A stretch of DNA of 63,873 nucleotides, filler included, from Lama guanicoe (taxonomy: Eukaryota), in assembly GCA_013239625.1 (NCBI GenBank). It is 79 parts of 77 records of this genome, joined end to end, with 100 filler letters (N's around TTAATTAATTAA, not from the genome) between each part and the next. Parts side by side here need not be neighbours in the genome. Positions count along the whole stretch, not along the records: positions 51,310 to 51,969 come from MU056999.1; positions 52,070 to 52,490 come from MU057000.1; positions 52,591 to 53,179 come from MU057000.1; positions 53,280 to 54,135 come from PNXV01024319.1; positions 54,236 to 55,015 come from PNXV01024320.1; positions 55,116 to 55,885 come from PNXV01024322.1; positions 55,986 to 57,218 come from MU057001.1; positions 57,319 to 58,147 come from PNXV01024326.1; 71 more parts are not named here. One strand, 5' to 3'. This document shows positions 51,210-63,873 of the stretch, piece after piece; within the stretch, counting starts at the first letter, position 1, and every line of letters starts with the position of its first letter. Below the pieces are notes generated by a model that did not search any database, was not told where the DNA came from, and saw nothing but the letters and a program-made list of their open reading frames with translations. The position numbers were made by a program, and so were the translations under genes.

Positions 51210-53279
51210 NNNNNNNNNNNNNNNNNNNNNNNNNNNNNNNNNNNNNNNNNNNNTTAATTAATTAANNNNNNNNNNNNNNNNNNNNNNNNNNNNNNNNNNN
51301 NNNNNNNNNGCCGCCGCAGGCGGGCGGGAGCTGCCGGCCAATGCCGGGGCCGGGCCAGATCCTACTTGGGCTGAAAACCACAGAAGGAATTGGGGATTAG
51401 GCTTGCCTGTGAAGACATTTCTGAAGCGACACTAAACCTTTGAGCCTTCTTTCCCCGTATCCCACTCGTCCCCACATCACAAATATAGGAATGCAGGTCT
51501 CCTGACTCTTCAGGAAGAGGCCATATTTCTCTACTTTTGTGTTTTGTGACTTATCATCAGCTGTGCAAGTTCACGGCTTAAATTAGNNNNNNNNNNNNNN
51601 NNNNNNNNNNNNNNNNNNNNNNNNNNNNNNNCTTCATCCCTAGCCCATATCATGGTGTTTGTTGAAGATATGTAGTAGTGATGTTTTTGCCTTCTGTCAG
51701 ACCTTCTTTTCTCTGCAAGATACTCCTCCTTTCTAGGTCATGATTGGGAAAGGAAATGGGCTATGAAATAAATATGTATCCTAATTACCTAAAAGATCGT
51801 TACAATTTACTCAATCTGATTTTCCCAGGCATTGGAAATTCTTGGCTTGGCATCTTCCATTCTTCTGCAGAGACTCAACTAGAAAACAGACATTCACTTT
51901 CATCTTACCAATGACTGGAAATATAGGTTGTGGATAAGGTCCTAGAAGGCACGTGGGTCTTCTAGGTGCNNNNNNNNNNNNNNNNNNNNNNNNNNNNNNN
52001 NNNNNNNNNNNNNTTAATTAATTAANNNNNNNNNNNNNNNNNNNNNNNNNNNNNNNNNNNNNNNNNNNNATTGTGAGTCCCCTTAAACTTTTCTTTCTCT
52101 GAATCCTCATTCCTTATTACAGAGTCTGGTATGTAATAGGTACTCAATAAATATTTGCCTGAGTTAAAAAAAGGGTGAGGCTCTTACCTTTCACTGTTCC
52201 TAGAATCCAAATTTTTTCCATTGTTGTTGCATTTGACTTGAATACTTATCTCCTCAGTTACGACTCTTTTTTTAAACCATGGAGCGGGAAAAGACTTGGG
52301 ATGAAAAATAAAACTTATAAGTCACCTGGAAATACTTATACAATGCACCTTTCATAAACTTTTATGAATTGCTGAGGCTGATATGGCCAAAATAAATCTG
52401 CAACCTTCCGCCTGGAGCAATTGCCCATAGATGTGTTTGCATTCACACTTCTGGAAACTGCTCCATGATGTATGCACACATTTGATTTGTNNNNNNNNNN
52501 NNNNNNNNNNNNNNNNNNNNNNNNNNNNNNNNNNTTAATTAATTAANNNNNNNNNNNNNNNNNNNNNNNNNNNNNNNNNNNNNNNNNNNNTGTATCTTCT
52601 ATCCCTTTCTCTATATAAATAAAAGCATGCTGTACTAGCGTTCTATGTGCATAGTATATTTGGGAAATCAGTTCATCAGTAAGTACAGAGCAGTCACAGG
52701 CATTTGAAGAGAGATCCTGAAGGAAATACATCAGGCTCTTAAAATTTTATTATTTGTACAATTTGAAGAAATATGTCTTCAATGCCCTTCTCTGTCTTCT
52801 ACTCACATATAGAGGTCAAGTCTACGTGCCCCCTTTCTAACTCTTAGCCCTAGTTACTCTCTGGCAGAACCCACTGGTCTCTCATCTGTGTTCTGTAAAT
52901 AAGCTATACATTATGCATACTCTATTTATGACCCTGATCATATGAAAGATATTTAATTGGCTTGTTCATCTGTTTTTATCAATGAGTAGATTGTGAGTCC
53001 CCTTAAACTTTTCTTTCTCTGAATCCTCATTCCTTATTTCAGAGTCTGGTATGTAATAGGTACTCAATAAATATTTGCCTGAGTAAAAAAAAGGGTGAGG
53101 CTCTTACCTTTCACTGTTCCTAGAATCCAGATTTTTTCCATTGTTGTTGCATTTGACTTGAATACTTATCTCCTCAGTTNNNNNNNNNNNNNNNNNNNNN
53201 NNNNNNNNNNNNNNNNNNNNNNNTTAATTAATTAANNNNNNNNNNNNNNNNNNNNNNNNNNNNNNNNNNNNNNNNNNNN

Positions 53280-54110
53280 GTTCCTGATACAAAACGCCTA
53301 AATCCCTTGGAATTTTCTGGGTAATGGGTGTGCCTTTTGTTGAAATGAGAAGACTCTGAGTGGGCTCCTGGATGGCTCTGGCATGGATGCTGGTTACCAA
53401 AGATCAAGCCATCATTAAAGCTTGGAGTTTTCAGTCCCCTCTCATTCTCCAGAAAAGGCAGGGGTTGGAAATAGAGTTAATAATCTATCATGTATACCTG
53501 ATGAAGCCTCCATAAAAATCCCAGTAGTATGGGGTTTAGGAACATTCCAGGTAGGTGAATGCATCCATATAGGGTAAGTGACACAGCCTAACGCCCCTGG
53601 GACAGAAGCTCCTGTGCTCCCAGACCCCAGATCGTCCCCTACATATCACTTCATCTGATTATTATGTGTATCATTAATCACATCCTTTATTTTATAATAA
53701 ACTGGTGAATGCAAGTAAGTGTTTCCCTGAGTCCCGTGAGCTGTTCCAGAAAATATTCAAATTCAAGAGGGAGGACATGGGCATCTCTGATTTGCAGCCA
53801 AGTCTGATAGAAGTTGTGGAAACTGGGGACCTACTACTTGCAATTGGCTTCTGAAGTGGGGGACAGTCTCCTGGGACTAAGTCCTTGACCTGTAGGTCCG
53901 CATGGACTTTTGTTATGTCAGAATTAAATTGAACTGTAGGACACACACTTTATATCACAGATAATTGCTTAGTGTGAGGGAAAAAGAAACCCACACATCT
54001 GGTGTCAGAAGTGTGAGTGTTGCAGTAGTGTGAGTGTCACAGTAGTGTGAGTGTTGCAGTAGTGTGACAGGACAGGAGAAACACAAAAGGAAGAGAGCTG
54101 GTTTTTCTCA
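53280..54110 (+). mobile_element. MER21-like LTR
   Basis: CCTAAATCCCTTGGAATTT; AATAAACTGGT...AAGTAAGTGTTTCCCTGAGT; CCCACACATCTGGTGTCAGAAG. Confidence 0.8.
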
Positions 54111-55115
54111 TATACTGAGGAAAAAGGTGAAAGACNNNNNNNNNNNNNNNNNNNNNNNNNNNNNNNNNNNNNNNNNNNNTTAATTAATTAANNNNNNNNN
54201 NNNNNNNNNNNNNNNNNNNNNNNNNNNNNNNNNNNGGCTCAGTGAAGTTTTCTGTACATGAATTCAATTTCATGGATTTATATAAATTTAATTAAATAAT
54301 TGGTATGCACATAGCACACCATTCAAAATTTTGTGGAAAGATAATCAATTAGTCATTCCTAAGCATCCACTTAAGGAGTTAAAACTGATATGAAAATTGT
54401 CCTTGAAAATACCCTGATTTTTCAAGAATATTTCCTTGAAGGGCTATTAACATTTTTTTTTAATTTCTTGGGCTAGATATGGGAGAGGCTGGAGTTAATC
54501 TAAACTGCAGATTTGCAAAGTGTCCTGGAAAATATATCCTTTGTTTAATAAGAGAAATGAGTCTAAGAATGGGTCTTTGAGTGGTTAGAAGTCTCCTAGA
54601 GAACCTGTAGTTTATATCCCCATTTAAAATAATGATCTCACCTACATTCTCATCAAGGGACAGACAGCCTCTGCTTAAGTATCCCAAGCAAAGAGAACTT
54701 TGCCACTGAACCAGTTCTTTTACCACATCATTTGACTTTAATAACACTTGTATTTATCCAGTTAAGGCCATTGTTCACTATTCATTGGTATGGTGTAACA
54801 CTTAGAATTTGTGATTCAAAATGAGATTACCTGGATTTGTAATCTCCACATATTTCAGAAGAGAAGCATTATGTGTCTGAGCTTTAGTGTCCTCATCCTC
54901 AAGGTAAGATTTGTGATAGTATCCATCCCATGTGTGATAAAAAGATGTAATAATGCAAATAGCAGACCAAGCAACTTGCTGGTACCTAGGGAGTACAAAA
55001 TAAATGAGTCATGTTNNNNNNNNNNNNNNNNNNNNNNNNNNNNNNNNNNNNNNNNNNNNTTAATTAATTAANNNNNNNNNNNNNNNNNNNNNNNNNNNNN
55101 NNNNNNNNNNNNNNN

Positions 55116-55885
55116 ATTTTGCGTTCTTCATTCTATGTTCTACATTCTATATTCTGCATTCCGTATTCTATGCACTATTTTCCGTGTTCTAAATTCTATA
55201 TTCTAAATTCAATATTCAGTATACTGTATTCTATATTCTAAAATCTGTGTTCTGCATTCCATGTTATAATTTCTGTGTTCTATATTCTATATTCTATATT
55301 CTGTGCAATTCTATATTCTAAATTCAGTGTTATGCATTCCATGTTATAATTTCTGTGTTCTATATTCTATATTCTATATTCTGTGTTCTACATTCTATAT
55401 TCTAATTTCTATATTCAGTATTCTGTATTCTATAGTCTTAAATATGTGTTCTACTTTCCATGTTTAAATATTGTGTTCTATATTCTTAATTCTATATACT
55501 AATTTTTGTGTTCTTCATTCTATATTCTACATTCTATTTTCTGCATTTCGAATTCTATATTCTATATTCTGTGTTCTACATTCTAAATTCTAAATTCTAT
55601 TTTCACTATTTTGTATTCTTTATTCTAAATTCTGTGTTCTGCATTCCATGTTCTAAATTTTGGGTTCTCTATTCTTTATTCTCTATTCTATATTCTGTTT
55701 TCTATATTCTATATTCTAAATGCTATATTAAGTATTCTGTATACTATATTCTTAAATATGTGTTCTACATTCCATGTTTAAATTCTGTGTTCTACATTCT
55801 AAATTCAAAATTCTATATTCAGTATTTCGTATTCTTTATTCTAAATCCTGTGTTCTTCATTCCATGTTCTAAATCTATATTCAGT
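55116..55885 (-). repeat. Satellite C
   Basis: Heptamer array. Confidence 0.95.
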
Positions 55886-57318
55886 NNNNNNNNNNNNNNN
55901 NNNNNNNNNNNNNNNNNNNNNNNNNNNNNTTAATTAATTAANNNNNNNNNNNNNNNNNNNNNNNNNNNNNNNNNNNNNNNNNNNNGTACGCAGTTTTACT
56001 CGAGGCTTGGAGATGTTAAAGAGGATTATGCACCGGAGAAAACTGAAACTATCTGAGAGTACAAAGGAAAAACATCCAGAGAAATAAGCCTTCCCGGGAC
56101 TCCTTGCTCAGACACATCCTGCTCACAGCTGCTCTCTCCTGTCCCGAGCTCAGCACTTTTCTCCCTCCTTCTTTCCATGCCACTCCCAACCCCACACGTG
56201 GCTGGGGACCCACTTCACGGCAGATCTCATTGTATGCCTTCAGGCGCTGTTTTCAAACCAGATTCATTTCTTCCTCCCAAACAGTGCATGTCCCCAAATC
56301 AGATTAGTTCCGTTTAGAATTAAGTCTTGGGGNNNNNNNNNNNNNNNNNNNNNNNNNNNNNNNNNNNNNNNNNNNNNNNNNNNNNNNNNNNNNNNNNNNN
56401 NNNNNNNNNNNNNNNNNNNNNNNNNNNNNNNNNNNNNNNNNNNNNNNNNNNNNNNNNNNNNNNNNNNNNNNNNNNNNNNNNNNNNNNNNNNNNNNNNNNN
56501 NNNNNNNNNNNNNNNNNNNNNNNNNNNNNNNNNNNNNNNNNNNNNNNNNNNNNNNNNNNNNNNNNNNNNNNNNNNNNNNNNNNNNNNNNNNNNNNNNNNN
56601 NNNNNNNNNNNNNNNNNNNNNNNNNNNNNNNNNNNNNNNNNNNNNNNNNNNNNNNNNNNCTTCTTTTAATAGCTGTTGTAACAGAATTTAAATAAAGAAT
56701 AACAAGGAATTCCCCGGTTTGGAAAACAACTTATCTGTAAGTAGAAAGCAAATGAATGGGTTTAAGAAATGATTAGCACCAGAGTGATGTCTAAAGCATT
56801 TCCATTTGTAGAGACAAGAGGTGAAGAAAGGCTTCCAGCCACCCCTAATTTAAACATTTGAAGACTTCAGTTACATCCCAGACATTGAGAGTGGCTCCCC
56901 ACCACCCCGGCTCTACAAGCAGGCTCTTTACCCAAAGAAGCCACCATATCGGTGTCTCCTTGTATCTGTTCAGGGGACCACAGCTCCCAGTAGTGTGATA
57001 TAGCACAGTGGTGCAGCACACCCTCAGCTGTGACACTGAGAGTACAGCTCTGGTGGTCGCAAACCACGATCCAGCACATCACTGGACAACTGAGATGGAG
57101 GTTATAAACACTAGCGTCAGAGAGATGTGAGTTCTAGTCCTGACTCTTCATTTTATTACCTATGTGACCTGGGGAAATGATTTAAGCTTCTTGATCCTCT
57201 CTCTCTCTCTCTTTTATTNNNNNNNNNNNNNNNNNNNNNNNNNNNNNNNNNNNNNNNNNNNNTTAATTAATTAANNNNNNNNNNNNNNNNNNNNNNNNNN
57301 NNNNNNNNNNNNNNNNNN

Positions 57319-58147
57319 ATAGAATTCAAAATGAAGAATATAGACTGTAGAATATAGAATGAAAAACTCAAAATTTCGATATAGAATTGAGAATATAGAA
57401 CACACAATTGAAACATGGAATGTAGAACACATATTTAAAAATATAGAATACAGAATACTGAATATAGAATTTAGAATATAGAATGTAGAACACAGAATGT
57501 AGAATAAAGATTACGGAATGCAGAATATAGAATTTAGAATATAGAATGTAGAACACAGAATGTAGAATAAAGATTACGGAATGCAGAATATAGAATTTAG
57601 AATATAGAATGTAGAACACAGAATGTAGAATAAAGATTACGGAATGCAGAATATAGAATTTAGAATATAGAATGTAGAACACAGAATGTAGAATATAGAT
57701 TACAAAATATAGAACCCAGAATTTAGAACATAGAATGCAGAACACAGAAATTAGAATATATAATACAGAATACTAAATATACAATTTAGATTATATAATG
57801 TAGAACACAGAATTTAGAATACAGAATAAAGAATATTGAACCAAGAATTTAGAAAATGGAAAAATTTAGAAAATGGAATGCTTAAAACAGAATTCAGATT
57901 TTTGAATGTAGACACAGAGTTTAGAAAATGGAATACCAAATGCAGAATATAGAATTTAGTATATAGAATTATGAACACAATATTTAGAATATAGAATACA
58001 GAATATAGGACACAGAATATAAAAAAATGAATGCAGAACTGAGGATGTAGGATATAGAATAGAGAATACTGAATATATAATTTAGAATATATAATGTTGT
58101 ACACAGAATATCGAATAAAGAATGGAGAATATAGAACCCAGAATTTA
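57319..58147 (+). repeat. Satellite C containing a 63-bp (9x7) tandem unit
   Basis: Unit starts at 57461, 57524, 57587 and 57650. Confidence 0.95.
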
Positions 58148-58247
58148 NNNNNNNNNNNNNNNNNNNNNNNNNNNNNNNNNNNNNNNNNNNNTTAATTAAT
58201 TAANNNNNNNNNNNNNNNNNNNNNNNNNNNNNNNNNNNNNNNNNNNN

Positions 58248-59019
58248 GGGAGGCTACTCCAAATCACAGCAGCACCTGGGTTCCATTAGAATCCCTCAGC
58301 TTGTGTTCCCTGAGTGTTTCCATAGGCCGGGCCATGAGGGATTGCTGGAGGTTGGGCTTGGAGGCCAAGTAGCAGCGAGTACCCACCGGTGGACTGAAGA
58401 AATTCTAAGAGGAGTTCTCCCTAAAAGGAAACACCTGAGCACCTATTCATCTGCGTGGAGTGGGGCTCCACACCTCCCCTCCACACAAGGTTGGGTTCCG
58501 GTATCCTGAGGGTGGGGTAGTTCCTCCAAGTGACATCAGCGTCTTGGTTTTAATTGAATCCTTTTCTTGTCTTCCCTGATGGTTTGCCTAGGCCAGAGTG
58601 TGGTTGAAAGAGGGATTTGCTCTCTTAATCCAAATGCTCTCTTAATCCAAGTATCAGCGTGTGCCTCTCCATGGCAAGTGGAGATTTTTAACCTACAACC
58701 AACAACCTGGGAATATCTGTGCCCCCTGAAAAATGGGTGTGCTTTGTTTCCCCACCTCCAGCTCACACACGAAGTTTTCTGGGATCCTGAGTGTGGGGAG
58801 GCTCCTGCAACTGACAGTAGCACCTGGGTCCTTATTGGATCCATTAGGTTGACTCCCCTGAGTATTTTCCTCGGTCGAGTCGTGAGCGAAGTTGGGGGTT
58901 GTGCTCTATAGCCAAGTATTAGCGAGTTCCTCTCTATTGGAAATGGAGTTGGTTAAAATATATCCCCAAACTGGAACACCTGTGCCCCCATAAACATGCG
59001 TGGACTCTGTTCCCCACCT
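58248..59019 (-). repeat. Satellite B2
   Basis: Reverse complement of the 15651-17041 type (ATCCTGAGTGTGGGGAGGCTCC). Confidence 0.85.
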
Positions 59020-59119
59020 NNNNNNNNNNNNNNNNNNNNNNNNNNNNNNNNNNNNNNNNNNNNTTAATTAATTAANNNNNNNNNNNNNNNNNNNNNNNNN
59101 NNNNNNNNNNNNNNNNNNN

Positions 59120-59743
59120 AGGCTTAGTTTTACTAGCTCTGCACCTTTGTAAAACAATGTTGCCTTTATCCATAAATATACAGGAGAGCCTACTTTCAAG
59201 GCTCTGATCTTTAAGGATATTAACACTTTTGAACTTATATAAAGACAACAGGTTGTAGAATAGAAAACTACTTTTGTTTTGTTAGAAGATTTACAGAGGC
59301 ACTATGACCTGGTCTCCAAACAGCTGCAAACCAAGATAATGGAGGACTAATATCTTGGAGAACCATCTACCCCATGTCAACTTCAGGCTCCTTTTCTACT
59401 AAAAAGGGGAGCGGCTGTGGTTGGTTGTTGCAAACTTGTTGGTGTAGGAATTCTTTGTTCTTGGAATCCTTTGCAGCTGTCCACGTGGGTCAGATCATGG
59501 TGTTCCTGCAAAACCTGCAACAAAACAAACTTTTTCTATTCTGCAACTTGTTATGTTTATAGGAGTGCAAAGTGTTAATATCCTTAAAGCTCAGAGTNNN
59601 NNNNNNNNNNNNNNNNNNNNNNNNNNNNNNNNNNNNNNNNNNNNNNNNNNNNNNNNNNNNNGCAAGTCTAAGCCTAGAAAACACAGCAGAGGGATAAAGA
59701 AAAGGAACAGATCCAATATGGAGTCAGATTTGTTCTTCTCTAT
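59120..59743. mobile_element. ERV1-like LTR fragments
   Basis: GGTTGGTTGTTGCAAACTT...GCAGCTGTCCACGT...TGTTCCTG resembles recalled laurasiatherian ERV1 LTRs. Confidence 0.55.
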
Positions 59744-60334
59744 NNNNNNNNNNNNNNNNNNNNNNNNNNNNNNNNNNNNNNNNNNNNTTAATTAATTAAN
59801 NNNNNNNNNNNNNNNNNNNNNNNNNNNNNNNNNNNNNNNNNNNGACCACATTAGCCTTAGCTCCTTGCTCGCCTGGAACCACCTTCCCCAACTTTGATGA
59901 ACCTGGCTCCCCCCATAGCCAATGTGAGGGCTTTATTGATTTCTTCCCTGGGGACAGTGGTGTCAGACTGTGAACCTCTATCGCAGCTGGAAACAGATAA
60001 CTCAGCTAGAACACAGTGTTTATGTGCACTTTACCTGCTCTAGTCTTAGAGACCCCACTCATGTCCAAAGTAACGTGGGTCAGGGTATTTCAGCCCCACT
60101 TTCCTTATTCACAGGTGTTGAATTAGATAATTCTATGCAGTCTGCACTAAATCCTGGAATCCTGGATCATAAGTAAAGCTTTGTGAGAAAATAAGGGAAA
60201 CAAAACAAACCATCAAAAACACTCCACTCCACAANNNNNNNNNNNNNNNNNNNNNNNNNNNNNNNNNNNNNNNNNNNNTTAATTAATTAANNNNNNNNNN
60301 NNNNNNNNNNNNNNNNNNNNNNNNNNNNNNNNNN

Positions 60335-61149
60335 AGTTTCCTGGTGCCGGTTTGAATTGCCTGCCGTTTTCTCTGTAAAACCGTGTGGGAGATTGTTCCT
60401 CCCTATATATATGTATGGAGGGGAGTTGGCATCTGAAAAGAAACTTTGTGTTCCCTTCAAGCTAGTTGAAGGACGGCTTTCACACACACTTATTTCTCAG
60501 AACAGAGCATTTGGTGAGACGTTCGTTCATCCAGCCCAAAGGGACCGGGTTGCACTGGAAACAGTTAGTTTGGTTTCTCAGTCTGTTTCCTAGTGCCGGT
60601 TTGAAGTGCCTGCCGTTTTCACTGTAAAACCGTGTTGGAGCTTGTAACACCCCTTATATATATATGGAGGGGAGTTGGCAACTGAAAAGAAACTTTGTCT
60701 CCCTTTAAGCTATAAAAGGTCGGCTTTCACACACACATATTTCTCAGAACAGAGCATTTGGTGAGACGTTCGTTCATCCAGCCCAAAGGGACCGGGTTGC
60801 ACTGGAAACAGTTAGTTTGGTTTCTCAGTCTGTTTCCTAGTGCCGGGTTGAAGTGCCTGCCTTTTTCACTGTAAAATGGGGTTGGAGCTTGTACCTCCCC
60901 ATATATATGTAGGGAAGGGAGTTGGCAACTGAAAAGAAACTTTGTCTCCCTTTAAGCTATAAAAGGTCGGCTTTCACACACACATATTTCTCAGAACAGA
61001 GCATTTGGTGAGACGTTCGTTCATCCAGCACAAAGGGAACGGGTTGCAGGAGAAGCACATACTTTGGTTTCTCAGTCTGTTTCCAAGTGCCGATTTGAAT
61101 TGCCAGCCGTTTTCACTGTAAAACCGAGTTGGAGCTTGTACTTCCCCAT
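60335..61149 (+). repeat. Satellite A (247-bp variant monomers)
   Basis: TATAAAAGGTCGG at 60711 and 60958. Confidence 0.95.
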
Positions 61150-61249
61150 NNNNNNNNNNNNNNNNNNNNNNNNNNNNNNNNNNNNNNNNNNNNTTAATTA
61201 ATTAANNNNNNNNNNNNNNNNNNNNNNNNNNNNNNNNNNNNNNNNNNNN

Positions 61250-61734
61250 CCAGGGAATGCTTGGGGGGTTTGCAGGCAATCCCATTGACAAAGGTTGCAT
61301 CCCAAAGATAAGGAAAATTATTTCTCGGACTTCCCCGTTCAGGGAACACCTGTGACTGAAGAGAGCTGCGTGGAGTTGTCTCTCGGACCCTCCACGCACT
61401 GACAATGGTTCCGGAATCCTGAGCGTGGGGAGGTTCCACCAACGGTCGGNNNNNNNNNNNNNNNNNNNNNNNNNNNNNNAATTTTTCCTAATGTCTCTGT
61501 GCCAGGGAATGCTAGGGGGGTTTGCAGGGAATCCCAGTGACCGAGGCTGCCTCCCCAAGGTCAGAGAAGGTATTTCTCAAAATTCCCCATTACAGGGAAA
61601 ACCTGTGACTGAAGAGAGTTGCGTGGAGTTGTCTCGAGTGCTACCCACGCACTGACAATGCTTTCGGAATCCTGACCGTGGGGATGTTCCACCAACGGTA
61701 AGCATCACGTGTGTTCTAACGGAATGCCTAAGCT
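61250..61734 (-). repeat. Satellite B
   Basis: Monomer motifs. Confidence 0.93.
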
Positions 61735-61834
61735 NNNNNNNNNNNNNNNNNNNNNNNNNNNNNNNNNNNNNNNNNNNNTTAATTAATTAANNNNNNNNNN
61801 NNNNNNNNNNNNNNNNNNNNNNNNNNNNNNNNNN

Positions 61835-62671
61835 TGGGATTGCCTGCAAACGCCTCTAGCATTCCCTTTCACAGAGACATTAGAAAAAATACCAGGGGAG
61901 TCGACCTTAGGCATTCCGTTAGAACTCACGCGCTGCCGACCGTTGTTGGAACCTCCCCACGCTCAGGATTCCTGAACCACTGTCAGTGCGTGGGGAGATC
62001 GAGAGACAATTCCATGCAGCTCTCTTCAGTCACAGGTGTTCCCTGTTGGGGGGAAATCTGAGAAATATCTTCCANNNNNNNNNNNNNNNNNNNNNNNNNN
62101 NNNNNNNNNNNNNNNNNNNNNNNNNNNNNNNNNNNNNNNNNNNNNNNNNNNNNNNNNNNNNNNNNNNNNNNNNNNNNNNNNNNNNNNNNNNNNNNNNNNN
62201 NNNNNNNNNNNNNNNNNNNNNNNNNNNNNNNNNNNNNNNNNNNNNNNNNNNNNNNNNNNNNNNNNNNNNNNNNNNNNNNNNNNNNNNNNNNNNNNNNNNN
62301 NNNNNNNNNNNNNNNNNNNNNNNNNNNNNNNNNNNNNNNNNNNNNNNNNNNNNNNNNNNNNNNNNNNNNNNNNNNNNNNNNNNNNNNNNNNNNNNNNNNN
62401 NNNNNNNNNNNNNNNNNNNNNNNNNNNNNNNNNNNNNNNNNNNNNNNNNNNNNNNNNNNNNNNNNNNNNNNNNNNNNNNNNNNNNNNNNNNNNNNNNNNN
62501 NNNNNNNNNNNNNNNNNNNNNNNNNNNNNNNNNNNNNNNNNNNNNNNNNNNNNNNNNNNNNNNNNNNNNNNNNNNNNNNNNNNNNNNNNNNNNNNNNNNN
62601 NNNTCCTCTGTCACTAGGATTGCCTGCAAACCCCCCTGGCATTCCCTGGCACAGAGATATTAGGAAAAAAC
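61835..62671 (+). repeat. Satellite B (gapped)
   Basis: Monomer motifs. Confidence 0.93.
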
Positions 62672-62771
62672 NNNNNNNNNNNNNNNNNNNNNNNNNNNNN
62701 NNNNNNNNNNNNNNNTTAATTAATTAANNNNNNNNNNNNNNNNNNNNNNNNNNNNNNNNNNNNNNNNNNNN

Positions 62772-63278
62772 TATACGGGATGGTACTAGCTCCAAATCGG
62801 TTTTACAGTGAAAAATGCATTAATTTCAAACAGGAATTAGGAAACATATTCAGACCCCACAGTAAGTGTATTTACAGAAATCCATTCTGTTTAGTTTAGA
62901 TGAACGAATCCCACCTCATATACTCAGTTTCAAAAATTGAATGTGCGTGAAAGCCGAAAATCACAAATCTTCTCGGGATCAAATAGTTTGTTTGCAGTGA
63001 GGAACACACTACATAAATATACATCGGATGAGGAACACACTACATAAATATACATCGGCAGGTACAGTATTCAACTAGGTTATACAGTGAAAACATCATG
63101 AATTTCAAACCAAAAATATTAAATATACTGCGACACCAGAGTATGAGTTTCTAGTGATACCTATTCTTTTTATCCTATATGAAAAAAACGTATCTCCATT
63201 TGCTCAGTACTGAGAATTCAGACTGTGTAGAAGCCATCAATAAACTAGCTTGAAGGGAACACAGAGTTTAATTCACTG
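62772..63278 (-). repeat. Satellite A, highly diverged AT-rich monomers
   Basis: GGTTTTACAGTGAAAA, GATGAACGAA and GAAAGCCG anchors; 31-bp internal duplication. Confidence 0.8.
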
Positions 63279-63378
63279 NNNNNNNNNNNNNNNNNNNNNN
63301 NNNNNNNNNNNNNNNNNNNNNNTTAATTAATTAANNNNNNNNNNNNNNNNNNNNNNNNNNNNNNNNNNNNNNNNNNNN

Positions 63379-63873
63379 AACGAACGTCTCTACACATACT
63401 CAGTTCCGAGAGATAGTGTGTATGAAGACCAACGTTCACTTATTGGAATGGAACAAAAATCTCCTTTTCAGTGGCAAACACCACTGCATACATATATATG
63501 GGGAGGTACAAGCTCCAACTCGGTTTTACAGTGAAAACTGCAGGAACCTCAAACCGACACTTGGAATCAAACTGAAAAACCAGAGTAAGTGTTTCTCCTG
63601 AATCCCGTTCCCATTGAGGTGTAGGAAGGACCGTCTCTCCACATGCTCAGTTCTGAGGGAAAATGGTGGGTGAAAGCCGTACATCAGCTAGCTTGAAGAG
63701 AACACAAGCTTCTTTTCAGTTGCCCACTCCAATACATACATATACATGGGGAGGTACAAGCTCCACCTTGGGTTCACAGTGAAAACTGCAGGAACTTCAA
63801 ACTGGCACTTGGAAACCGACTGACAAACTGGAGTGAGTGTTTCTCCTGCAAAACGTCCCTTTAAGCTGTATGA
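63379..63873 (-). repeat. Satellite A
   Basis: GGGGAGGTACAAGCTCCA recurs at ~248 bp. Confidence 0.93.

Noticed and set aside
893..63332. Regularly recurring TTAATTAATTAA as a CRISPR-like or regulatory array
   Set aside because: Always embedded in fixed N-runs; it is an assembly linker

Overview
This window is not a contiguous locus. It is an artificial concatenation of about 79 short (roughly 0.3-1.5 kb) unplaced mammalian assembly scaffolds, joined by a 100-bp linker (44 N + TTAATTAATTAA + 44 N). The organism looks like a cetartiodactyl, possibly a camelid; that is inferred from repeat style and is unverified. About half of the scaffolds are tandem satellite DNA: family A (~248-bp monomer, PstI site), family B (~267-bp CpG-rich monomer, MspI/XhoI/SacI sites) with a CpG-depleted sister subfamily B2, and family C (AT-rich, built from variant 7-mers). 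The rest are LINE-1 fragments, LTR relics (MER21, MLT1, ERV1-like), MIRs, two CpG-island fragments, a (GGA)n tract and one recognisable coding fragment (OR10P1-like olfactory receptor). Nearly all ORF-track entries are spurious. I find no evidence of a novel protein-coding system. The most interesting signals are in satellite structure: co-linear motifs shared by A and B, an inversion-born 329-bp unit, and a heptamer vocabulary with higher-order repeats. Adjacency across linkers has no biological meaning.
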